Both the position numbers and the translations under genes were made by a program. Under the pieces are notes generated by a model. It worked only from the letters and a program-made list of their open reading frames with translations. It did not search any database and had not been told where the DNA came from. Positions 31,237 through 40,802 of a DNA stretch of 64,000 nucleotides are shown here, piece after piece (the stretch's first letter is position 1; each line of letters opens with the position of its first letter). The stretch covers positions 544,001 to 608,000 of the forward strand of contig CAVPSB010000018.1 of NCBI GenBank assembly GCA_963708025.1, given 5' to 3'. Source of the stretch: an uncultured Candidatus Rokubacteria bacterium (lineage in GTDB: Bacteria > Methylomirabilota > Methylomirabilia > Rokubacteriales > DASRDR01).

Positions 31237-31683
31237 TCAGCCCAGGAACTCCAGCACACCGACGGGGAGCTCTATGCCCAGAACGCGAGCGAACAGGACA
31301 TAGGTGCCCACGGACAGCCCCACACTGCTCACGCCCAGCACGCGCCACGACGTCACGCCCAATACCCTCAGGACGACGACTGCGATCGGAATGGTGGCGA
31401 GGACGTATCCTAGTGGGTCGAGGATCGCCACGTACACGCCCATCGCGACCACCAGGATCGCCGGCCGCCGCAGTTCGCCGAAGGCCTCGCACCCCGTGCT
31501 CCGCCCCAGCCATGCCTGGACCAGGAGGATCGACGACAACGCGAGGAGGGTGACACCGCCGAGCAACGGGAAGAAGCCCGGCTGAGGGCTCGTGAGCGTG
31601 CCGATGCGCAGCTTGAGCGACCCCCCCACGACGCCGATCCCTGCCAAGGCTCCGACGAGGCTTGCGATGATGTCGCCCTTCAT
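31237..31683 (-). CDS. tctB: Tripartite tricarboxylate transporter small subunit
   Basis: PGFFP, four transmembrane segments, LPVG end; lies between tctC and tctA. Confidence 0.9.
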   Translation of the reverse strand: MKGDIIASLVGALAGIGVVGGSLKLRIGTLTSPQPGFFPLLGGVTLLALSSILLVQAWLGRSTGCEAFGELRRPAILVVAMGVYVAILDPLGYVLATIPIAVVVLRVLGVTSWRVLGVSSVGLSVGTYVLFARVLGIELPVGVLEFLG

Positions 31684-31693
31684 CGGACCCTTT

Positions 31694-32647
31694 CTATCGC
31701 TTGAACATCTGTCCGAGCACCTTGAAGGTCTCGAACTCGACCCGCCAGTACTTCTCGAATTCGTCGGGTCCCAAATACTCGATCTGGTCCCCGAGCTGCC
31801 GGATCCCCTCGACCGCCCGGTCCGTCTCGAGCATCTTCTCGAACGCGAGGGCGATCTTCTCGATCACCGGCCGTGGCGTCGCTTTGGGAGCCATGACTCC
31901 CTTGAAGACGCTGAGCGTCTTGTCGTAGCCTTCCTCCGCTGCCGTGGGTACATCGGGCAAGTCCGGGTGCCGCCGGGGGCCCGACCACGCCAGTGCTCGC
32001 AGCTTTCCCGCACGGATGTGCGGAAGACTCTGCGGGAGCGCCAGCAGGCTCGCCTGAACATGCCCGCCCAGCAGCGCCACCAAGGCTTCCGCGCCTCCGT
32101 CATAGGAAACGATCCTGAGCTTGACGCCAAGTACCTGTTCCATTCGCTTCCAGGTGAAGCCGACCGCGGACCACGTGCCCGCGGTGGAAACGGTGAGCTT
32201 GCCGGGGTTGGTCTTGGCCCACGCGATCATCTCGTTCAGGCTCCGAAAGGGTGCACTGGGCTGGGCGAGGAATACCGTGCCCGAGGTGTTCACCCGGCAG
32301 ACAGCCGCGAGATCGTCCGGCCCCTTCGATCGACCTTCGATCGCCGGTAGGATGCTGTTCGAGTTCGTGTGGCCAAACAGCAGGGTGTAGCCGTCCGGCT
32401 TGGACTGGGCCACGATTTCGGACGCGATGGCCCCCCCGCCCCCGGGCTTCATCTGGAGGACGATCGGCTGCCCCAGGAACTCCGGCGCCCGGTCGATGAA
32501 CGTCCTGACGGTCAGGTCGCTGGCCCCGCCGGCGCCGAACGGGATGATGAGGTTGATGGGCTTGGTCGGAAACTCCTGCGCGGAGGCGGGCGAGGCACCG
32601 AGGGCCACGAGCAAGGCGGCGGTGGCGAGGAGTTGACAGTCCGTCAT
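31694..32647 (-). CDS. tctC: Tripartite tricarboxylate transporter substrate-binding protein (Bug/TctC)
   Basis: Signal peptide, FPTKPINLIIPFGAGGASD, KPGGGG, PDGYTL, PDVPT. Confidence 0.95.
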   Translation of the reverse strand: MTDCQLLATAALLVALGASPASAQEFPTKPINLIIPFGAGGASDLTVRTFIDRAPEFLGQPIVLQMKPGGGGAIASEIVAQSKPDGYTLLFGHTNSNSILPAIEGRSKGPDDLAAVCRVNTSGTVFLAQPSAPFRSLNEMIAWAKTNPGKLTVSTAGTWSAVGFTWKRMEQVLGVKLRIVSYDGGAEALVALLGGHVQASLLALPQSLPHIRAGKLRALAWSGPRRHPDLPDVPTAAEEGYDKTLSVFKGVMAPKATPRPVIEKIALAFEKMLETDRAVEGIRQLGDQIEYLGPDEFEKYWRVEFETFKVLGQMFKR

Positions 32648-32753
32648 GGGCTGGCCTCCAATCTGGCCGCGAACGCAGGCGGCGCACAGCGTGTTTCCTG
32701 GACACCACGCCGGGCCCGCGTCACCCCAGCCGGCGCATCGCCAGCGTGGCCGG

Positions 32754-32783
32754 AGTGTAGCGCGCCCCGGCGCGGACCGGCAA
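32754..32783 (-). promoter_or_regulatory. Sigma70 promoter candidate for tctC
   Basis: TTGCCG-N18-TACACT. Confidence 0.5.
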
Positions 32784-32878
32784 GGACCGTTGACGGCCGG
32801 GGGTGCTCAGTTCCGCGCCCTCCCCCCACCCCCGGCGGGGGGCAGGGACAACGACGACGACAATAAGGACACGCCTTG

Positions 32879-34063
32879 TTATCGAGTACTCGATCGCCGC
32901 CGGACCCTTCGCTGCGCGAAGCGCCGAGCCTCCTCGAGAAAGCCGACGACTGCGGGAAGTGGATCGTCCCAGGCGAACGTAAGCTGGTACGCGCCCAACC
33001 AAGAGCGGGCCCAAGCCCAAGGAGTGAGCTTCCCTTCCTGGATCAGCCGCCACCCACCGAAGAGATCGGTGTAGGGGTTCAAATAGTGGCGGCCGACCTC
33101 GTACTCGGTCACGGGCTCTATCGGCAGGCCGAGCGCATCCCGGTAGGCCATTGCGACGAGATCCACTCCGGACTCGGCGGCAAACCCGATGTTACCGTAG
33201 GGGCGGGTGTTGATCTCCAAGACCTTGAACAGCCCGTCTCGCTCGTCATACTTGAACTCGGCGTCGAACACCCCGCGATAGCGGAGCGCGCCAAGGAACC
33301 GCCTCACGACATCCATGGCCGGGGCCACCTCTTCGGGCCGGACGCTGACGCCGTAGGACCCATCGCCGAAGTCCGGGGGAAACATCCGCAGCCGCCACGA
33401 CACGATGCACGCACAGACGGTCCCCGTGCGGTCCACAAAACCGTCGACGAAGTAGTGGCGTGTGGGCGGCCCCGGGATGTACTCCTGCAGGACGAGCTGG
33501 AGACCGGCCCGGCGTGCCTCACGGACGAGGACAACGGCCTGGGCGCGGGTCTCGAAGCGGAAAGCCTTGACGCGGTAGCGCCGTTGGAACGCCAGCGTGT
33601 CGCGGGGCTTCAGGAACGAGTCCCGAAACGCCGAGTCCGGGAGGGTGGCCAGGTCGTCTTCCGATGCGAGGCAGATCGTCCGAGGGTGCGGCACTCCATG
33701 GTGCTGCGCGGCCTCGGCGAGACGGCCCTTGTCGAGGAGGATTTCGAGGCTCTCGCGCGGCGCGAGGCTCGCCGGGAACCGTGCCGCAAGGGCAGGTTCG
33801 AGCTTTGCCACAGCGCGGACCCAATCATCCGTGCACGGGATGAGTACCATCCGCTCGAAGGCAAGTCGCGCCAGGAGCCCGGCGAGGGATGAGGGGCCAA
33901 CGTCCACCGGCGGCTGACCCGGCAGGGGTCGATGCCACCGAGAGCGAGAGACAAAGCTCCGGCCGGTCCCGACGGCGAATTGCGGAATACCCCGGCGGCC
34001 GAGGATACGGATGACCTCGAGTGTAGTGCTGTGCGCGGACCCCAGCACCAAAGTGGGAGTCAT
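32879..34063 (-). CDS. ATP-grasp carboxylate-amine ligase, paralog of 28467-29657
   Basis: ERMVLIPCTD, LAARFPAS, LDKGR, FLKPRD, QEYIPGP, FKYDERDG, LEINTR. Confidence 0.88.
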   Translation of the reverse strand: MTPTLVLGSAHSTTLEVIRILGRRGIPQFAVGTGRSFVSRSRWHRPLPGQPPVDVGPSSLAGLLARLAFERMVLIPCTDDWVRAVAKLEPALAARFPASLAPRESLEILLDKGRLAEAAQHHGVPHPRTICLASEDDLATLPDSAFRDSFLKPRDTLAFQRRYRVKAFRFETRAQAVVLVREARRAGLQLVLQEYIPGPPTRHYFVDGFVDRTGTVCACIVSWRLRMFPPDFGDGSYGVSVRPEEVAPAMDVVRRFLGALRYRGVFDAEFKYDERDGLFKVLEINTRPYGNIGFAAESGVDLVAMAYRDALGLPIEPVTEYEVGRHYLNPYTDLFGGWRLIQEGKLTPWAWARSWLGAYQLTFAWDDPLPAVVGFLEEARRFAQRRVRRRSSTR

Positions 34064-34099
34064 TGGTACCGCTGCGACGAGATGGGGCCCGATGGCGGG

Positions 34100-34128
34100 A
34101 TGCTACCCGGGTGGTGGCGGAGAGTCAA
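34100..34128 (-). promoter_or_regulatory. Sigma70 promoter of the ATP-grasp gene
   Basis: TTGACT-N17-TAGCAT. Confidence 0.65.
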
Positions 34129-34221
34129 CGGCCAGGCACTCGCAGGTCCTTCTGCCAGGCTCTTCCAGGAGCGTCTCGCAGACTGGAGGCCGGCCGGGCG
34201 GCGGCCCAACCCGTTAGATCC

Positions 34222-34270
34222 TCGGAGGGCGCCCACCGATGGTCAGTGGGGCCCCTCCGAAACCTCGCCC
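34222..34270. repeat. REP-like hairpin
   Basis: TCGGAGGGCGCCCAC...GTGGGGCCCCTCCGA followed by AACCTCGCCC. Confidence 0.5.
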
Positions 34271-34394
34271 CTAGGGTGGACGGGGGGCTGGAGTCGCAGC
34301 GCGGCGTCAGGGAGCGCGAACACGGCACATGAATTGGCACATAGTGATATCCTGACCCGGTTGGGACCGCCAAAGTGCGCGAAATATTGGCACC

Positions 34395-34433
34395 GGAGGG
34401 GTGGCCGAGCGGTTGAAGGCGCCGGTCTTGAAA
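34395..34433 (+). mobile_element. 5' half of tRNA-Ser(TGA), att scar 2
   Basis: GGAGGGGTGGCCGAGCGGTTGAAGGCGCCGGTCTTGAAA ends exactly after the anticodon loop; TGGGCCCATAG x2 (12-bp period) at 34562-34584. Confidence 0.85.
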
Positions 34434-34961
34434 TCCTGGGCGGCGCCTTCATCTTTTCGAGCACTTACGGTGCCAGTCCTTCTCCACGGCGCACTTACGG
34501 TCGGGACAAGAAGCTCGGTAGTCTCGGGGAAGGCGTCTTCGCCCGAGAAATGCGGTGGCGCTGGGCCCATAGATGGGCCCATAGCGCGAGCTGCGGCGAG
34601 GCCGGTCAACGGGAGCCCGCCGGACGGGGCAGTTCATCCCCTGGCTGTTCCCGCGTCTCCGCGGGGCGCCGGGCGGGGCAGCCGCGGCGGAGCTTCCGGA
34701 AGGCCTGAGCGACGGCCCTGTGAGCGTGATCACGCTTATCGATGGCGTCGGGTGACGGCCCGGTGGGCGGGCAGCGCCGCCCACCGGGGCTTGGACATCG
34801 CCGAGCGATGCCGACACCTCCCGCAGGCCCGGCGGCGACGGTGATGTGCTGAGGAGTTCGATCGCCGACCTCGCGAGCGGCGGCGCTCGTGCGCACGTTT
34901 CCCGTTTCCGTTTCCCGCGTGCGGTAGGGCGCACCACGAGGGGAAACGCGACACCCCGACG

Positions 34962-35378
34962 TCAGCGGGCCAGCTGGTAGCCCGCGGGCGTCTTGCGGAT
35001 CCGGCCCGTGTGGTGAGGGCGGCGAGGACCTCGCAGAGGCGGGCCGTGCGCATGTGGCACGCGCGCCGGGCACGGTGAGCGAGACCGGCACGGTTGCCTC
35101 GGCGAGGGCCTGCTCGACCCGGTCGGCGGGCGACGAGGGCGGGAGGGCCGAGGCGGCGGGGGCCGGAGGGTCGAGCACCTCGAGGGCGAGGGCGCCGGCG
35201 TCGGCCCGCAGGCCGAGCGGGATGCCGGTGCGCGACGGTGCCGCGCGGTGCTCGACCGAGAGGGTGAGCTGCTCGTGGTGCCGCCGCAGGTAGAGGTTCG
35301 AGTCGCCCCACGCGTGAAACTCGGAGCTGCCCCGCAGCGCCTGTCCCTCGTGGACCCGGGCGGCGCTGTCCTTCGCCA
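34962..35378 (-). pseudogene. C-terminal fragment of a mobile-element AAA/RepA-like ATPase
   Basis: GQALRGSSEFHAWGDSNLYLRR...LSVEHRAAP; no Walker A region, frameshifted. Confidence 0.55.
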
Positions 35379-35439
35379 AAACCCTTCCGGCGGACAAGCG
35401 GTTGATCTTTCAGCTCTGATCCGGAGACAATAACCGTCC

Positions 35440-35547
35440 CATGATCGGCACGCTGCTCCACCGGCTTCGAGAAGGATGCGCCCGACGTGCGACCCATCGA
35501 GCGGTCGGAGGCTGGCACGGCCGTGCAAATTCCCGAAGCCGAGGGCG
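35440..35547 (+). pseudogene. Possible C-terminal scrap of an integrase-core (rve) transposase
   Basis: EKDAPDVRPIERSEAGTAVQIPEAEG resembles the tail of that family; very short. Confidence 0.35.
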
Positions 35548-35749
35548 CGGTTTTAGCGAAGGACAGACGTGATGCCCACCACCCCCGCGCGCAGCGGTTT
35601 CACCGCCCTCAGGAACCGAGACTGCGTCGATGGGCCCACCGGATGATGCAGGCCCTGAGCGTGGTCGAGGAGATCCGGCGAGGGCGGAGCTGACGACGGG
35701 AGAGGCCGCAGCCCGGCCGACCACCCGACGCCGAGGAGGGTCTCAGATC

Positions 35750-36736
35750 ATGGCCGAAGCTCCCGATCGCAACCTCGCTCTCGAGCTCGTGCGCGTGACC
35801 GAGGCGGCCGCACTCGCCGCCGCCCGCTGGGTCGGGCTTGGGGACAAGAACGCCGCCGACCAGGCCGCAGTGGACGCCATGCGCTACATGCTGGAGTCGG
35901 TCGAGATGGACGGCATCGTCGTCATCGGCGAGGGGCAGAAGGACGAGGCGCCGATGCTCTACAACGGCGAGCGCATCGGATCGGGCCGTGGCGGCGCGGT
36001 GGATGTCGCCGTCGACCCCCTGGAGGGGACCGAGCTCTGCGCCAGAGGGCAGCCCAACGCGCTGGCCGTGATTGCCGCGTCCGACCGCGGCACGATGTTC
36101 GACCCGGGGCCGTGTGTCTACATGGAGAAGCTCGCCGTCGGCCCGGACGTCGGGGAGGCGATCGACATCAACGCCCCGATCGAGCACACGCTCGAGCTCG
36201 TGGCGCGGGCCAAGCGCGTGCGGCCCCGGGACCTGATGGTGGTGATCCTCGACCGGCCGCGCCATGAGGAGATGGTCACGCGGATCCGCGCGGTCGGCAC
36301 GCGCATCCGCTTCATTTCCCACGGTGACGTCTCCGGCGCCCTGATGGCGGCGAGCCCCGACACGGGCGTCGACCTGCTCTGGGGCATCGGCGGGACACCC
36401 GAAGGGGTCCTCTCGGCGGCGGCGTTCAAATGCCTCGGCGGCCAGTTCCAGGGCAAGCTGTGGCCGCGCAACGAGAAGGAACGGCAGGCCGCGATCGCGG
36501 CCGGCTACGACGTCGGCCGAGTTCTCACCGGTGACGATCTCGTCAAGGGTGGCAACACGTTCTTTGCCGCGACCGGCGTCACCGATGGGGATCTGCTGCA
36601 CGGCGTACGGTACGAGCGCGGTGGCGCCCTCACCGATTCGCTGGTCATGCGCTCCAGGTCCGGCACCGTGCGGAGGCTACAGGCGACCCACAGCCTGAAG
36701 AAGCTGGAGGGGCTGGCCGGTGGCCGCTACGCGTGA
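35750..36736 (+). CDS. glpX: Fructose-1,6-bisphosphatase class II
   Basis: RNLALELVRVTEAAA, VVIGEG, DPLEGT, YMEK, GIGGTPEGV, ATGVTDG; GGAGG RBS. Confidence 0.97.
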   Translation: MAEAPDRNLALELVRVTEAAALAAARWVGLGDKNAADQAAVDAMRYMLESVEMDGIVVIGEGQKDEAPMLYNGERIGSGRGGAVDVAVDPLEGTELCARGQPNALAVIAASDRGTMFDPGPCVYMEKLAVGPDVGEAIDINAPIEHTLELVARAKRVRPRDLMVVILDRPRHEEMVTRIRAVGTRIRFISHGDVSGALMAASPDTGVDLLWGIGGTPEGVLSAAAFKCLGGQFQGKLWPRNEKERQAAIAAGYDVGRVLTGDDLVKGGNTFFAATGVTDGDLLHGVRYERGGALTDSLVMRSRSGTVRRLQATHSLKKLEGLAGGRYA

Positions 36737-36844
36737 TCGCGCGGCGACGATGGACCCTCGATTTCTGGCGCTCAGACGCCCGTCCCGCAGCGCGGCCTTG
36801 GCCGAGCGACGTGATGCGCTCGCCCGGATGGCGGGGGACGTGAG

Positions 36845-37219
36845 ATGAAGCGGGTTCTGTTGGTCGGCTTGGATCCGGCGACGGTGGACTTTTCGGATCC
36901 GGCGCTGCCGCCGGGCATGAGCGTGGAGAAGATCCACGCAGGCGTAAAGGTCGCGCTCGCCGACATGGCCGAACACGGCTGGCAGGCAGAGGCCTGCTTC
37001 ATCAATCCCGACGAGACAGCCGCGCCCGTCGTGGAGCGCCGCGTCGCTGAGGGCCGCTACGACTGCGTGGTGATCGGCGCTGGCGTCCGCCTGCCGCCGA
37101 GCCGGCTGGTCCTGTTCGAGGCCTTGGTCAACGCCATCCACCGCGCCGCTCCGGACGCGGCCATCGCCTTCAACACCCGCCCGGAGGACACCGGCGCGGC
37201 CGCGGCGCGCTGGATCTGA
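36845..37219 (+). CDS. Conserved hypothetical protein
   Basis: 124-aa alpha/beta-like ORF with [10 protein letters not shown] and IAFNT; good codon bias. Confidence 0.75.
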   Translation: MKRVLLVGLDPATVDFSDPALPPGMSVEKIHAGVKVALADMAEHGWQAEACFINPDETAAPVVERRVAEGRYDCVVIGAGVRLPPSRLVLFEALVNAIHRAAPDAAIAFNTRPEDTGAAAARWI

Positions 37220-37230
37220 GCACCGAGGCC

Positions 37231-37404
37231 CGCATGAGCATGCGGCGGTTCACCCGGCTCACCAATGCCTTCTCCAAGAAGGTCGAGAACCACGCGGCCG
37301 CCGTGGCGCTCCACTTCATGTGGTACAACTTCGGCCGCATCCACAAGACGCTCCGGGTCACCCCGGCGATGGAGGCAGGGGTTAGCGATCGGTGCCCGAC
37401 ATAG
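37231..37404 (+). mobile_element. IS1-family transposase C-terminal remnant
   Basis: Hand translation [50 protein letters not shown]. Confidence 0.85.
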
Positions 37405-37603
37405 TCCTGGCGGTGGGGAAACGATCTGCTGGTCCCGACGCCGGCGCGTGGCGACACGTGCGTGGATCTGGTGGCGATCGCCGCGACGGTGGACCTGGGC
37501 AAGGCCGCCAAGTCGATGGAGCGCGCTCGGTGACTCCGCGCGGTGGTATTCTCACGGATACGGAGCCTTGCACGATTCTCAGCTACCGAAGGAGGAATGG
37601 TCC

Positions 37604-38518
37604 ATGACCGGCGTGAATCAGCTCGGCTATCTCGTCCTGGGGGTCAGCGACCTCACCGCCTGGCGCGGGCTCGCTTCCAGCGTGCTGGGCATGGAGCTCG
37701 TGCCCGGCGACACCCCCTCGACGACCTACCTGCGAATGGACGAGCATAGCCACCGAATCGAGCTCCGCAAGGACGGAGTCGACGATCTCGAGGTCATCGG
37801 CTGGGAGGTGCCCGACGCTGCGACGCTCCACGCGATTGCGCAGCGCCTGGAAAGCGCAGGCGTGCGGGTGAAGAGTGGCACGCGCGACCAGGCGGACCAG
37901 CGCCGCGTGGTGGAGCTGATCCAGTTCAAGGACCCCGCCGGCATCCAAACCGAGGTGTACTACGGGCCGCCTCTCAACCAGCGGCCGTTCCACGCCTCGC
38001 GGGCGATCACCGGATTCAAGACAGGCAACATGGGCCTGGGCCACCTCGTCGTCTACCAACCCGACCTCGACGCGAGCGCGAAGTTCTACACGGACCTGCT
38101 CAGCTTTCGCGTTTCTGACATCGCCGGTCCCTTGGGCCGTCCCATGGCAGTGTTCCTGCACTGCAACCCGCGTCACCACTCGATCGCCCTGTTCGGCGGC
38201 AGCAGACCGAAACGGATCAATCACTTCATGCTCGAGTGCAACTCGCTCGACGACGTCGGCTCGGCCCGCGACGTCGCCCGGCAGGCGGGGACGCCGATCG
38301 TCATCGACCTCGGCCGGCACATGAACGATCACATGGTGTCGTTCTACGTGGCGAACCCCTCGCAGTTCGCGATCGAGTACGGGTGGGGTGGCAGGATGAT
38401 CGACGACTCGTGTTGGCAGGTGGGCCGGTACGAATCCGTCGAGTCGATCTGGGGTCACCCGGAGCTGTCACAACTGGTTGCTCAGATGGATCGGACGGTC
38501 GCCGCCGCCGGCGGGTAA
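37604..38518 (+). CDS. Type I extradiol ring-cleavage dioxygenase (BphC/HsaC-like)
   Basis: LGYLVLGVSD, LRMDE, GLGHLV, FLHCNPRHHS, NHFMLE, GRHMNDHMVSFY, IEYGW. Confidence 0.93.
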   Translation: MTGVNQLGYLVLGVSDLTAWRGLASSVLGMELVPGDTPSTTYLRMDEHSHRIELRKDGVDDLEVIGWEVPDAATLHAIAQRLESAGVRVKSGTRDQADQRRVVELIQFKDPAGIQTEVYYGPPLNQRPFHASRAITGFKTGNMGLGHLVVYQPDLDASAKFYTDLLSFRVSDIAGPLGRPMAVFLHCNPRHHSIALFGGSRPKRINHFMLECNSLDDVGSARDVARQAGTPIVIDLGRHMNDHMVSFYVANPSQFAIEYGWGGRMIDDSCWQVGRYESVESIWGHPELSQLVAQMDRTVAAAGG

Positions 38519-38705
38519 CGACACCGCATCGACGGCCGCTTCCAGTACGCCTGCGAACACGATTGAGGGGAGCGAATCGAGACAGTTCTCGGACCAATAC
38601 GTGACGACGACAACGGCCATCCTCGAGAACGGAGGCGTGATCCCATGAATCCGAACAAGGCCCTTTGGGAAAGGGCGGTGCGTCCGCCTGTTCCTGGAGC
38701 GGGTC

Positions 38706-39038
38706 TTGCGGCGAACCGAGGCCGTCGTCGTCGGGGCCGAGGACGCCGAGACGGCCCTCGCCATCCTGACCCACGTTCGGCCCGACCTGATCCTGGTGAA
38801 CCTGGCCCTGCCGGGCCTGAGCGGGCTGGACCTGGCCCGCCGGCTGCGCCACGATCCGCGATGGCCCGGGACCAAGCTCGTCGCGCTCTCATACTTGTGC
38901 GGCCCCCTCTTGGCAGAGATGATGGGGGTGGCCGGGTTTGACGCCCACGTGGACCTGCCCACGACGGTGGCGGAGCTGGGCGCGGTGCTGCGGCGGCTCC
39001 TGACCGAGGAGGGGCGAGCTGAGCCATCTCGATTCTAG
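38706..39038 (+). pseudogene. Degenerate CheY-like receiver, 5'-truncated
   Basis: RPDLILVNLALPGLSGLDLARRLR: Asn in place of the phospho-Asp and DLP in place of KP. Preceded by an unrelated stub MNPNKALWE at 38645. Confidence 0.6.
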
Positions 39039-39183
39039 CGGGGCCTGGCATGACCGCTCCGCCGCTCGTTGTGAGAGTCTGCTCCAACGTCGCCCTGCTC
39101 GTAGGGCCGAAACCGGCCCGCCGTTTGTGCCATGTGGACGCGCGGAGTTGACGAGCGTGGCACGACGCCGATGATGAAGGTGT

Positions 39184-39420
39184 ATGGCCAAGACCAAGGT
39201 CACAACCGAAGAACTCGCCGCGATGATCCAGCATGGCTTCGCGGAAATGGCGCGGAAGGATGACGTCGATAAGCGATTCGACGGCGTCGACAAGCGCCTG
39301 GATGCGATCGAGGACAAGCTTGAGAGCATCGAAAAGCTTATTCTCGCCGATCACAAGCGGCGCATTGAGCGTTTGGAGGAACAAGTCAGGGAGCTGCGGG
39401 ATTTGCTTGCGGTCAAGTAG
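39184..39420 (+). CDS. Small coiled-coil hypothetical protein
   Basis: 78 aa with heptads VDKRFDG/VDKRLDA/IEDKLES; AAGG RBS; followed by a terminator. Confidence 0.8.
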   Translation: MAKTKVTTEELAAMIQHGFAEMARKDDVDKRFDGVDKRLDAIEDKLESIEKLILADHKRRIERLEEQVRELRDLLAVK

Positions 39421-39447
39421 AGGCGTGTCACTTGGGTATGAAGCGGG

Positions 39448-39472
39448 AAAGGCACCCATCGAGGTGCCTTTT
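39448..39472 (+). terminator. Intrinsic terminator
   Basis: AAAGGCACC-catcga-GGTGCCTTTT. Confidence 0.75.
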
Positions 39473-39518
39473 GTGTGAGGGACGTTCCTAGAACGCAAGG
39501 ACGCGAGGGACAACCCCA

Positions 39519-39683
39519 ATGCCGAGATATGAGTTCCTGTGCGAGAAGTGCAAGAAGCCGTTCGAGCTCACCATGACCATCTCCGAACGCGAGAAGACCC
39601 AGCCGAAATGTCCAACGTGCAAGGGCAACGAAGTCGTGCCGCAGTTCAGTGGCTTCATGGCGCAGACGTCGAAGAAGAGCTGA
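39519..39683 (+). CDS. FmdB-family zinc-ribbon protein (not in the ORF track)
   Basis: MPRYEFLCEKCKKPFELTMTISEREKTQPKCPTCKGNEVVPQFSGFMAQTSKKS. Confidence 0.9.
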   Translation: MPRYEFLCEKCKKPFELTMTISEREKTQPKCPTCKGNEVVPQFSGFMAQTSKKS

Positions 39684-39692
39684 GCGTTCGAG

Positions 39693-40106
39693 GTGGACCG
39701 CCAGGTGTCCCCCCGTCTTCCCGTGCGAGGGGACTGGCAGCTGCCCTCGGGAGCCCGCAGACAGTGGGGACGGCGGTGGGATTCCCGCCGCAACGCAAAG
39801 TTATGGCTCGAGAGACTTCTCTTGATACTCTGGCTCCAGCAAGACGCGAGGAGTGTGTTGGGATCGGTGAGGGACTCTGTGGCCGGAAGGCTGCCTGATG
39901 GTCGCTCGTATTGCCCGGGCTGCGAGCCCCGCGCCGACCCGATGCGCGAGACCCTTGAGTTCCGATGGTGCGAGGCCCATGCCCCATCCCGAGACGGTCT
40001 TGATGATGGACGGGTTCAGTTCGACGCGCAGGCGACGTCGAGTGACGAGGCCGGGGGTGAGGACAATCGCCGGTGGCGTGACCTGCTCCACCGCCAGGTG
40101 AGGTGA
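39693..40106 (+). CDS. Hypothetical Cys/His-motif protein (start uncertain)
   Basis: YCPGCEP...RWCEAHAP in the C-terminal half. Confidence 0.4.
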   Translation: MDRQVSPRLPVRGDWQLPSGARRQWGRRWDSRRNAKLWLERLLLILWLQQDARSVLGSVRDSVAGRLPDGRSYCPGCEPRADPMRETLEFRWCEAHAPSRDGLDDGRVQFDAQATSSDEAGGEDNRRWRDLLHRQVR

Positions 40107-40631
40107 GCGGGTGCACGTCTCTTCCAGCACAGTTCTGGCCTCGGATCGACCAGCCACGATCGTTGTCATCGATCGGAAACTCCGCTCCTTTTGTGAGTTC
40201 CTGAAGCGGAAACGGGGGTCGGCGTGCGGCACTCCGGCCATCCTCCTCGATCGGCGATGCGACGACCGTCGTCAGACGAGCCAACCCGTACGGCTCGACC
40301 GTCGGCGGGGATGTCGCCGAGCGCCGCCCTCCGAAGCGACGCGCGCCCTCCTTGCCGTGCTCGGGTTCGCCGTGCTCCATCGCGACGGCGCCCGGTACGT
40401 CCCCTAGTTCGATCCCGGTTTGGCTCGGAAGGTCTCCGCGGCGCAAAGGTGCGGGTGCTTGACTGCCTCCCTGATCACGCCTAGAGTCGCCACAACTTCG
40501 ACCGCCTAACCGTCCAGGTCTCAGGGGAGGCAGCCATGCCCCTGGCGTGGATTTCCGGACAACTCTTCGGTGCCCTCGTCGGTCCTCGAGCCCGGCGGGG
40601 GCGTTCGCGTGTTCGTGCTCCACCCCCCGTC

Positions 40632-40772
40632 ACGGAACCGGGCGCAACATCAAGGAGTCGCGGAGGCGTCTGGACGCGGCCAAGAAGCTCCTCAAGGAGC
40701 TGGGGTGGGGAACTGAAGGAGTTTTGCCTCACGCTGGGTGCCTACGATCTCGTGATCGTCGCCGAAGCCCCC
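40632..40772 (+). pseudogene. GYD-domain protein fragment
   Basis: RNIKESRRRLDAAKKLLKELG, frameshift, GELKEFCLTLGAYDLVIVAEAP. Confidence 0.7.
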
Positions 40773-40802
40773 AAATGGGACTGGACTGCGGAGGATGTTC
40801 CA

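Larger units (their letters stand above)
28297..34433. mobile_element. Integrase-less genomic islet bounded by tRNA-Ser 5' half direct repeats
   Basis: 36/37-nt direct repeat at both ends. G(A/G)CACAT pairs with 12-bp period inside both ends (28450/28462; 34324/34336). Confidence 0.7.

Noticed and set aside
40402-40418. tRNA T-loop-like GTTCGATCC
   Set aside because: The flanks form no T stem or cloverleaf.
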